From positions 124,001-188,000 of the forward strand of contig JAQGDQ010000278.1 in assembly GCA_030141605.1 (NCBI GenBank): a stretch of 64,000 nt of DNA. The letters run 5' to 3'. The stretch comes from Tubiluchus corallicola (taxonomy: Eukaryota; Animalia; Priapulida). Of this stretch, positions 47,901 through 59,900 are shown one piece after another; position 1 is the first letter of the stretch; each line of letters opens with the position of its first letter. The notes beneath the pieces were generated by a model that saw nothing but the letters and a program-made list of their open reading frames with translations, had not been told where the DNA came from and searched no databases. The position numbers and the translations under genes are program-made.

Positions 47901-50900
47901 CTGAAATTTCACAGAATCATTTAATATCAGTGAGTTAACGGCAGATCAATTGCTGACTAGGATTAAAGTGGTTTTTACCTAGCATCCACAATGCGTATGC
48001 GTTATATACTCACAGAATAGCTGCGTATAAAAAATAAGTATCTACGCTGCCAAACCTACATAAATGCTGACTTATTTTCTCGAATTTTGCTATCAAAAAT
48101 ATAATAGTTGAACATTATATGTGGCATGAATTTTAGGATACAAGACAAGGAAATTAATTGTATTAACAAATTCTGTTGGTATTTGGCTTAGTGAATGGAT
48201 TCATGAGTTCCAATAGCAGGTCAGAGTCTAAAATTGTCTGACTGGTGGATTGTTTCTTATCTTTTTGAATTATCTAGTTTTGTGTCACACAGCTGGCATC
48301 TAATCAATCATCTATTATCATTATCAACGACAAAGTAACCTATACTAAACGTGAGATTAAACGCAATGTTTAGACGCTATTGAAAAGAATAATTTGAATT
48401 ATATCATAATTATGTGCAAATTAGTTTTTGCAGCACTTTTTACTACTTAGCAAATTTAACTTTTGAAAAACATATGCTCCACTATGTACACCACAGAAAT
48501 GATTAAGAATACAAAAAAATGAGTACCACATAAAAATAATTTGTGTTTAAACATATGTTAGCAAAGCTAGGGAAAAATTGTTTTACAGAAAAAAATAAAA
48601 AATATTTTAATGTCCTCGACAGAGCTTCCTTGCTCGATGCCAATGCTATTATGTTTACAAGATCTTACTAGCAAGCTAACAATTCTCCAAATAGAAACAA
48701 AATCAGGTATTACTGAAAGATGAAACAAAACATCTTTGCTGGAAACTTGATGATGAATGCTTCATTTAAACCAGAAAAATGGAAAAAAGTTCTAACTAAG
48801 TTAATGACAATGTTTCGCTTTTCTCTATGATGTAAAAGAGAGCAAAATGCAAGTATAGTACATGCAGTGAGAAAAGTCTCAAAAAAGTGAATTCCACAAG
48901 GCACTGTAAATACAATTTCAATGTTAGCATGCTTCGTGCTTACACAGATACAAGTCTGCGAAAATTACATTACCTGTCGACAGATACCTGTGCACGATGT
49001 TGGTTTGAAAAAAGTTAACGATTTATTACTCATCAGACAGCATCAATTTTGCACATAGTTATTACCAAATCTGATACAATAATAAACAGGCTACATCGCA
49101 ATCATATTTTTTGGAATTAATGTTATTTTTCTTATTTAGAACTTTCTTAATTAATGAACTTCTCTGCATGTTCCTCTGTAACTTTTATAAGTGCTTCGAG
49201 AGATACTGCACTTTGCACAACTGCTAAATAAATTTAAACAAAGTTGATATACAGCAAGTTAAGTTAGAGTTCACCAAAACTTTTATGTGACGAATCCAAG
49301 ACATTTCAGCACACGAATGCTTTATCATGAACCTAAATTAATCAAATACAGTTTATTTTTTATTTTTCAAATTCAAATTCAATTTATTTAAGATGTGGAT
49401 TGTCTAAAAAGCACTTACAAGATTTACATAGTAAATTCATGAACCATAGCTAGGCTTATCATTACTGTAATATGAAATTTTAAAGGAAGGCCTGGGAAAT
49501 TAAGCTTACTTCAATGTTTGCAAAAAATGGTAGAAATATTTAAAAGTGTGACAGCCAATTTTGTAATATTTTTTCATGAACATTAGACAAGCTGCAGAAG
49601 TTTGAACTAGTTTAAGCAGTGCGCACTTACGTAAAACCAAGATGTGCTTACGAAGTCATAAAGTCACCACATATGTCATAATTTTCAAGTGAATGACAAA
49701 TACCACCGCACCTGAAAGTTTCTGTACAGCATACTATAAATTAACTTCATGCTTTAAAGACAGTTTTTCGCATACTTCTTTGCGATGTTTTTATAAGTTT
49801 AAGTGATAAGAGTAAAATAAACCCAACATGTTAAGTGACTTGTCCTTTCCTTTAAGACACTACTGTAAAACATAATTGCCTAGTCAATACGTAGTACGTC
49901 CTTATACTAATTTGAGAGTGATTCCTTACATTGATCTACATCCAACATGTGATCTAAAAATAACAAATTTAGCCACTGTGAAATTCAGGTGATCACACTA
50001 CTGTTGGTCCGTTAACCTCTACAGAAAGAGTTATAGATAAAAATGGCTAGTTAAAAAATTACAGATAAATGCATTAAGAGTCAAGGCTACTTACTGTTAA
50101 AAGATAAATGATGATTAAGATTTACATCTTTTAAAAGCTTTTTAAAAATTTGCTACTCAAAGCCCAGACCAAGGGAGCACTGCCAACAGAATCTGAGAGT
50201 TGATTCCAGATTTTAATCATTCTGTCTGAGAAAAAGTTTTTAAAACAATCAACATAGCAATGATGGGCTGTAACTTCAAGCGATGACCTCTGGTTACATT
50301 AGATAAAAGTGCTTTACTAAAAAACACATCTTTGTTTATAGCTATAGCACTGTCTTCTTGTAATATAGAATAATACATTGTCAGAGTATTCAATGAAGCT
50401 CAAGTGACTCAAGATTAAAAACGCTAATGAAAGTTTTGGTGAAATCTAAGTTATTGCCTTTAAGCCAATTACTTTTTACTAGGAAAAGCAGCATTACTTT
50501 TCACAACAATTTTTTGTGGTAAAACATACGCACAACACTTACCTGTCGCTCTGGTACGGCAGAAGGCCTGTCAGGGATTCGAGGAGCAGGTTTCCGAACT
50601 TTCTTCAGTGCAATTGGACTCACAGCTTGTGCGGAACTATCATTCAAATACAAGGAGCATAATGTTATGTTAGCAGCAGATCGCAGACAGTTATTTAAAA
50701 TTTAGTTAGAATTCGGATGCTGCGCATGCACAGACAGTGAACGTTTCGACAGTCGAGCAGTGCATATGGTAAATTAATGACAACATTTGAATTTGTCCAA
50801 ATAAACTCTGGATAATTATGACTTGTGCTAATTTAAACTGTTAGACTTAATTAGACTTCAATGCAAATTTAATTCTTAACGATAAAAATAGTCCAGTTAA

Positions 50901-53900
50901 TGAAAAATGCCACAATTAAGAGAGATTTAAAAACACATGGCAACTGCAAGCCACTGCCATGGGTTATCTTCAGGTAAAAGAATAAAACAGAAAAAGGAAA
51001 AATCATATAATATTACTAATACTAATGAGAGGTAAATTTTTTAGCATTATTAACACATAAAAATGTCACATAAAAAAGATACAATCACGCAGAAAAAATA
51101 ATTTTACTTAATCTCTTTTTGTTAGAGATGGCGCAACAAATAAAAATTACAGGAAAATGCCAACAGAAAAAAACTACTGGTTTGGCAGTGGCTTGAAATG
51201 TTGTATTTTCCTTTCTTAATTGTGGGATTTCTTTCATTAAGTATTGCAAGTTATGTTTTTTTAAAATTTAAACGCTTAAGTACCAAACCCATATATTTTG
51301 GTTTTTACAAAGTTTTTTAAAGATGATATTGCTTATGAAAGGCAACTAGCAGCAAGCAATACTACTGGCTTCAGTTAATTACAGTGGCAACAAAACGACT
51401 AAAGAGTTGCAAGCGAACACATCTAGTACACGATCTAGCACCTACCAAGTCCACCACAGATATGTCAGAATCAACTATACTAGCACCAATTGGAGAAGGG
51501 CGCGGAGGGATTTTCTTCCGGGACACGGTTCGGAGCAGGCGCGAAGTTAAACTAGGCGAACTAACGAAAGGAAATAAAAATAGCAAGCACTAGTCAAGAA
51601 GTCCAACACCAAAAACTAAAATCTAGAACGCATATTGGCACACACTAAAAAAATAAAATCCATAACCTGATTAAATTGAACAGACTCTGAAAAAAGCCCC
51701 AGCCTCAAATATAAAACGTGTAATATTTATCTAGTTTGTGCAGCTTAGTGGCCAGATGCAAATATATAGCAATTTTGTTTAATAGAAGTCTCCATCATTT
51801 TGCAAATAAGTAAATATTAGAATCATACGAGAAGCATTAAGTTAAATCTGCCAAATGTGTTCAAAATATAGTGTAAAATTAATTGTCAAGCTGTTAATGC
51901 CTGCCACAATGTTATGCTCTTATGTACAGAATGTGCTTTGCCTAAATTAAATTATATTAGTATATATATTTATATATATTCCATATAACCGTTATATACA
52001 AAGAAATTTAGTGATTAATTTAAAGTGAAAGACTAAAGCTTACAGCACAAATAAATTAATTTGTGAATGGGATGATTGAAAAACTGGCTTTGGGCTTGAG
52101 TGCCAACAAAAAAAATAAAACAGTACTAAACTGAATGTGGAGCTGCTTGTTCTGGGTACAAAACCAAATGGTGATGATTCCACAGGGAAGCAAAGAAGAA
52201 ACTGCACCATGACAATGATTTTGTAGTTTCAGCTGTGCACAAGAAATAACCGGAAAAATCAATCCACAATAAAAAAGACATAACATTTAATGCATGATTT
52301 TCTAAGAGTTATTCGTACCTGTCGGCAGTATCAGCAGCATCCTGTAATGTTCTACTTCGGTTCTCATTAACATCACTAGTGCCAGGAATCATACGCATCT
52401 GCCGGTCAGAATCAGGAGTGATTTTAAAATCCATTGCTGAAAAAAATCATTATAATTAGCAGATGAAAAGATAAGAAACTTCTGGATGCATTTATTTAAT
52501 AATATACGTGACCAAAATGTTGTCAATAAACAAATTTATATCCCCAAGTCATAAATAACTTTGATTAAAGTATTTTTTGATAAAGGTATTATATTTAGCT
52601 TATGCTAAAACTATAGCTTAGGACTTGAGTAATACTATAACACAGATTAATTCTTGTTGACAAGAATAATGACAATGAATAGAAAAGGTCCCACAAATAA
52701 AAAACCTGGGAAACGGCACAACGTTTTGAACTACCTATGTAGTTCTTTTTCAGATGAACATAAAAAGGTAAAAGAGAAAAAAATCACTTACTACAAAAAC
52801 TCAACTAATTTTTAGAGAGTTTTTTGTTTAATTTCATCCATCTTTTGCTAATAAACATAACTTTTTGAAACTGGAATTTATTGCCAAACGTTTTGCACAA
52901 TACTATTCATTATCAAGGCATCCAAAATGAAGAAATTAACAAGAATTTTGAAACAACATCGAAGCATAATTCAGTTATATATTTATATATAAATTATACA
53001 TATATATTATATCATATAACATTTGGCTTTTAAGCACTGAATTATACTTCGAAGTTGTTTCTAAGTTCTGGTAATTCTCTTTGGTTCAGATGCCTTGATA
53101 ATGAACAATATTGTTTGAAACCGGTTTTTGGCAACAAATTCCATTTTCAAGAAGTCTTTTGTTTATATTATTTACACAAAAAATGATGCAAGCTCAAAGT
53201 AGGGAGAAACACAGAAGTATTTATGCAGTTGGACAGACACAAAAGAAATTAACAAAAAATCAAACAGGACTAATAGCTGATATATGGAAAAGTTTCCAAA
53301 CCTGTTACATGGAAGATAATCCGGGACGTAACTCATAAAGTTGGGAGTGGGAGACAAAAGAATAAAACTGCATGAGGTGATTAATCAGAAGACTGGGGTG
53401 AATGCAATACGGACAACAACCAAAAAATCAAAGAAAAACCCGTGGTATTAAGGCTTTTAATATTCATAGGTTATACTAAGTTATGTTAAACTGACCAAAT
53501 TTAATTGTTTAAGTAAAGCGTTTGAACAGTTGATATGTTACAAGATTAATGCTGACCGCATGAAGACAATTATATTAACCATTATTGTAACTATAAGCCA
53601 ATTTTTATAAATGGTTAAGTGCCGTGCAAGTGCTAAACATGCAAATTAGATGAAAACAGAAGCAAAATATAGTATTACTGATGTATATCGAATATTAGGT
53701 CTAGGTGCGATACATAACTTAAAGTTTGAACCTATAAAAAACTTTTTTACAAGCTGTACAACCATACAAAAATGTTCAAACAAGTTTCTGGCATTTTAGT
53801 TTTATCGATACTGTTCATTGGTCACAATTTCACAACATGACATGTCAACACAAACTAAAAATTGCAAGTAAAAATCCCATGCCAAAGGAAAATCCTAAAA

Positions 53901-56900
53901 AAGAGATGAAATAGCACTTTAGTTATTCACAACATTTGAAAAGAGACTTTAAACTCTGATTTGCTTAGTACAAAGTACGAAAACATACAAAGAAAAATTT
54001 TCATGCAGTAAAACAATTTAGCCAATTCCTTGAAAGCATTTATGGATACAAAACAGCTTCACATAAGTTAATGTTGATTCTTTCATAAGATCAAAAGCAA
54101 AAACAGGTTACAGTAACATTAAAAGAAAGCTCCAGCATTGGTCACATTCTATTCTCTAAACTATTGTAATCATGAAACAGACATTGAGATGGCACGTAGT
54201 GGCATATTCCTGACTTATTATATTCTCACTGAAGTATTAATTAAACATAAAACATATTATATTATCCTTATTATCAGCACTAGAACATTTTGTGAGGTCT
54301 TTATGATTCTGGCACACAAGCTGTCTAGTTTAGCTCTCTGGGCAGAATGCTCTGCATTAGTGATTTCTAAGTATTTCTAGAGAAAAATGCTGGACTTTTC
54401 TTTTAATAAATACTAATAAATGTGCATTAACTCCAAATGCACACACTTGCCAAGCACCAATGTTAAAGATGTTGAGATACTAAGAACCTAAAGTGAAAAA
54501 AGTGACAAAACAGATTTTATTAGTTTTTTTAGTATTTCATGCACTGGACTTAGAAAGGAGTAAAAGCCTGGGTTAGTCGTGTGTAGAAAGTTTGAAGATT
54601 TCTGCTAGTTAAGATTTGTACCCTCATCAAGTTGACACTGATTGACAGCCTTCTCAGATGGCCTATCTCTCTCGTTATCCACAGGATCAATAGCCATGGC
54701 TATGATTCCCGGTCCAAAACCGTGTTCATCCACTTTAGAATTCCTTCGCTCACCTGCTGGTAACATTTCGCTGTCCGCCGCAATATCCTCCATTGAGCGT
54801 GTAAGATGCCGCGAAGGTCTTGGGGGTATTTTCGGGGCAACAGGTTTCTGTGGAAGGTGTGATGGGCGAGGAGGCGGTTCAATGCCTGATGTAGCTTTGC
54901 TAGGTTGAGAAGCAGCTTTATGCTGTCCAGTGAGAGAAGACTTTTCATAAACTATATCATCCAATTTAGGATACAAAGGTTTGTACTTGGGGCTTGGTGA
55001 TGGTGGCAAAGCCGGATCCTCAACTTTAGTGACACTATCGGCTTCACATGTACTTTGTATATAGTCGGGCCTATCCGAGGGTTTCTTACTATCAGTAGGC
55101 AAGTCGTCGTCATCTTCGTCATGCTGAGCTAGTGGAGCAGTGATCCGCTTCCCTATCACACCAATGGATTGCGCAAGAGCCGACATCGATGAAGGAATTT
55201 CACGAGTTACGTTTGTTTTACTGGTAACATCTTCAGAGGGTGGAGTATTGCCTTCACTTATGTTTTGATGTGCAAACCGAGGCTTTTCTTTCGGGCTGTA
55301 GTGTTTGTATTCCAACTCTAAAATGGGAACATGGGATAAATGACGAACGCTGACTGATGAGATAGCTATTTGAACTTACGCAGACAATAAAAAATACAAA
55401 TTGCTTCATTGTTCTTTAAAATCAACCATTGTTATATCTAGCTTTGTTAGCAACAGCTATCCATTCTCTCTGACACCACAATGTTAATCCTACATTAAAT
55501 GTTTTGAAAACCGTAGTTTAGCGACAATTATTAGTAAAAGAGCAAGCCACACTTAATCGCGGATGATTTTATGCATGCCGGCATACTCTTATTCTGGCAT
55601 GTTTTGCAAATAAGGGGAAAATAATACAGACCGAAATGTTTGAAAAATAACTCGTAATTTCACTAATCCAGTTTTACTTTGTCGGCCAAGACCTGCTGTA
55701 TACTTGAGCGCAACATGGCCAGTAAAATGCTTTGCATGGGCTAGCAAATTCTCAACACAATTTTTTGGTGCGACATCATGACATCACTAGAGATCAAATT
55801 TATTAAATTTTATGCTAGATTTCTAACTTGCAACATGATCACATGCCACTCAAGTGTTATGGCAAATGGAGAAGAAAAATTGTTTCATGTTTCAGGCATC
55901 TAGGAACAAAGACACTTTAACTGCTAAATGCACTGGAATGCAGGTAAATGCCTAACATCACCACAAGAGTGGAAATCTTCTTACCGCCGGGAAAGAAGTA
56001 ATCTGCATGACTGACAAACGTCTCAATGATATTGCTTTGCTGCCCAGAAGTGAACACATTCATTCTGAAAAAGAAAAGAAGTTTACAATCTTACACACAA
56101 CATCAATGACAGTTAGCACAAGAAGAATAGACACTTACAGAAGATGCAAACAAAAATTATTATCTCTCGATATAAGTGTGTGCATTAGGAGTGAGCATTC
56201 TCTACTAAAAAACGAATTCGAATCGAATCAAATCTGTGACTTTCGAAACCGAGTTGAACGAATTTCAGAATTTCTGAGTTAGAAAGATTTTTGAACAAGT
56301 TTTCGTACTAGCACTAAAAAACGGACCTACAAAGATCAAGCATAATACTGAATTTTGTTCTGTAGTAAAACTACTAATAATTTGTTTAAAAACTGTGCAC
56401 AGAAATCACAGGTAATTGTGCTAATTGCATTGTGTTTCAAACGTTTTAATCAAAAAGAGTGTATGTACTTGAAGTGCTGAAATATTCAAATCTGCAAGTT
56501 TAGGTTTGAATTAAATTCTAACTAAAAAAACATGTCCGAATGAATTCGATTCGAATGTTTGATGCTCACCCCAACTTTGCATGGCTATCCAAAATACCGC
56601 TGTACTCTGATTACTGTTACCTGTTGTGGAAGTTTGGAGAACAAAGCCTAGGAGGCAAATGATTACTAACCTAATGATATTCTGATAACTGCCACATTAG
56701 AAAAGAGACAACAAAAACCACTCTGGTACGACACAGGTCAAAGAACCAAAGACATTTTAGGCAAAGGCAAACGTATCAAGACATTGAGGAATTGTGAAAG
56801 CTGTTACGAGTAATTTACTGTCAAACAGCAAGCAAGAATAACTAGTCTGCAAGTATAACTAAGAAATCTGAGTTTTATATTGCATCTTCAGCAAAATTAT

Positions 56901-59900
56901 TCTATTTAGTGATGCTTTATTCCATTAAAAGGTGAAAACCCAAGGTACAAACTGCAAATGATTTTTTTGTAATGCAACAAGAACAACTGATCCAACACTT
57001 TTATTAATTAATTAATCTTTTTATTCGTATAAAATTTCATTCAACATTGATTTTTAGTATAGATAATTAATACAATAAAATTGATAATAATTTTTTTAGT
57101 AATTAAAAAAAGATGATGAAGACCATACATATCATCATTCATGTTGCTTACACATTCATAAAAAGCTTCTACAATAGTAAATTTTCTTGCTAGCTCACAA
57201 TGGACAAGCACCTAGAAATCAAACTAATAAATGTGACAAAATTTTATCTGACGAAATTATAAACTTTTCTGTGCTAAGTCACTAAAACCAGCAAGGTAGA
57301 TGATACACTTTGTATGCTGTGATTCCATCGGCAAGTTAATGATAATACAATCATTTAAAAAACCACCAAGTGGTGATTCAAACATGAATGATAGAATCGC
57401 TGAAAGACACGTGTATTAATGCGTAACATTTGGTCTTTGATCCCCGACTCATCTGGTGTTAAGAGTCATTAGTATCAGTCATGTGCAAAGAAAAATGTGT
57501 CAGGTTAGCACAGTTAAATATAAAAGATTAATCTAGACCAAATAGACACAGTTACGGGTCAAACTGTGAAAGGACAACCTGAAACGTTCAACAGCGGAAG
57601 ACGCGAACAAACTGTGCTGGGCAAGATAAACATAGCGAAAGGTAAATTTATGTCAATGTTATTATTGTTTTTTATAGTCCAAGGTGACATAAACAGTGTA
57701 TGTGGTGAAAAACACAACCACATTTCACCTCCACATTTGCAAAAATGTCTTAAAATGTTAAAAAAATAATTTTGGTAAGTTATATTGGTGCAATGCTCAA
57801 CAAATTTAGACGTAAGATTGCTTCTCTTTTATTTTTAAGATGACGTTACATACCAATAAGGTAGTTTTACAACCATATTGTTATCACTAACTAGAATTAT
57901 TACTCAACCAACAGAAACTAGAGAGTGCCAGACTGAAGTGAAGGGTTTCCATCTATTTATTTATAAAAATTATTATTTAGTACATACCCTCAAAACAAGG
58001 AAATAATCATACTGTGATGTTTTGCGATGCTTTCATTTTTTTATGCTGGTGTTTACACAAATCAGCTGAGCATCTTATCTTAAATTTGTTTAGCATCATA
58101 CATGTAAAGTAACATTAAAATTCACTGGCCCATTTGGTGTATGCAGCATTACCAGGCTCAGCAGGAACCAGACCTATGCTGTAGTAAAAGTATTGTACTT
58201 ATAAATAAAAAACAACTCATACAAATAGTTGTTTCAATCTTAAAAAACTGTTTCACATAAATTATTACAGCCAAATTAGTTGTTTGTAAACAATTTTGAA
58301 AAATGTGGTTATTGACCATAAGTCTCAAGTTTGGCCACTCACTCTCAGTGCTACAAAATTTAAAATAACTAGAATGTCAAATTAACCAATGACTGATTTG
58401 TAATTGTAATTTTACATTCTGATTTTACATTACAATGACTGGCTCTTGTCAAAACCCTGTATTTCCATAAATCCCACGTTGTTAGCTCAACAAATATAGA
58501 AAGTTGCAAACAGTATAATTTTACAAAAAAATTTGGTTTATTACAGATACTTCCCTTTCACAAGCAACATGTCACCAAGAAACTTTGACGAAAAAGCAGA
58601 TAATCTCAAGCTAATGCCAGACACAGCGACTACGGTAAATGAAAAGAAAATACAGATGAAACTCGTATGGCGCAATATAGTGTGGATGTTATACCTTCAT
58701 CTCGGTGCTTTGTACAGTTTCTACTTACTGCCTGATTGTCAATGGAAAACAATTTTGTTTGGTAAGTGTGGGCATAAAGGATAAGGGTAGGTGCACATTT
58801 ATAGTGTTAAGGAGTGTGAACGTTCACCTGGCAATGGTGCACTATTTGATGCAAGTTAAGGTACTATTACATAGAATGCAGGCAGGTCAGGTTGCTACGC
58901 AAATGACCGTTGTTGAAATTTATTCTGATGTTACTGGATTTGCAGTTTAACGCAATTTAAGGCAAGTCACACGAGTCGCACTGTGAATGCTAACCTTAGA
59001 TGCCAGATTAGCTGAACCATAGTTATCATAGTACTCTCATAAACTTGATATTTGTACAAGAAAACAAATGTTATGTGCGCATTGCGTTTCACCCAAAGTA
59101 AATTATACGTAGAAAATCAATAGCAGTATAATAATTTTGTGCTACAAATTCAAATCCAAACACTAGGAACCTCAAATCTTAGATGCAACTTCACCACTAC
59201 GGTGGTAAACCAAACATAATCATATATAAAATGTAAAAAACTATGGAATAAAAAGGTACCTAACCGTAACCGTAACCCTAACCCTAATCCTAATCCACTT
59301 CACTAACTAATTCCTTGTGTGTGGGAATCGTAAACTTTAGCCGGATTTCCAAATTATCAGAGGAACTCTTTCTACTGACTATATGGATGCTTCAAAATAA
59401 ACTGACTTGATGTTAAACATAATTAAAGCTCTTTGTTGAAACAGAGTAGTAAGATGTCTTACAGAAAATTGAAAACAAACAAGCAAAAGCAAAAGTAAAT
59501 ATCAAATATCAAAAAGTTTTACAAAAAGTTAGCTAATACAATGCGAACAGCAGCTGCTCATGTAATAGACTATGTATCCAAACTACGTATTCAAGATTCA
59601 CTACTGCATGCTTAAACTTTCCTCTAACTTTGATTGCCTAATTTTTTTGCAGCGATTCTTCTCTACGTTGTGGGTGGACTGGGTGTAACTGCAGGTGCAC
59701 ATAGACTATGGGCACACCGGTCATACAAAGCAACACTTCCCTTACGCATATTCCTCGCCTTCTGCTTTACGACAGCTTTTCAGGTATGAAAATTGTGCCA
59801 GACAATTTGAGCTTTCTAATTCAAAAATTACGCAGGAGAAATTTTTCATCAAATGGTAAGGAAACAGAAGTTCTTTTACAGTGATCGCGTGCTGAAATGT

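Noticed and set aside
54642-54948. Overlapping ORFs on + and in an alternative - frame within the large RhoGAP exon (likewise 47495-47904 and 51384-51593)
   Set aside because: Shadow ORFs of GC-richer real exons.
59259-59296. (CCCTAA)-like hexamers as interstitial telomere or chromosome fusion scar
   Set aside because: Only about 6 degenerate units, embedded in what looks like an interspersed repeat within an intron.
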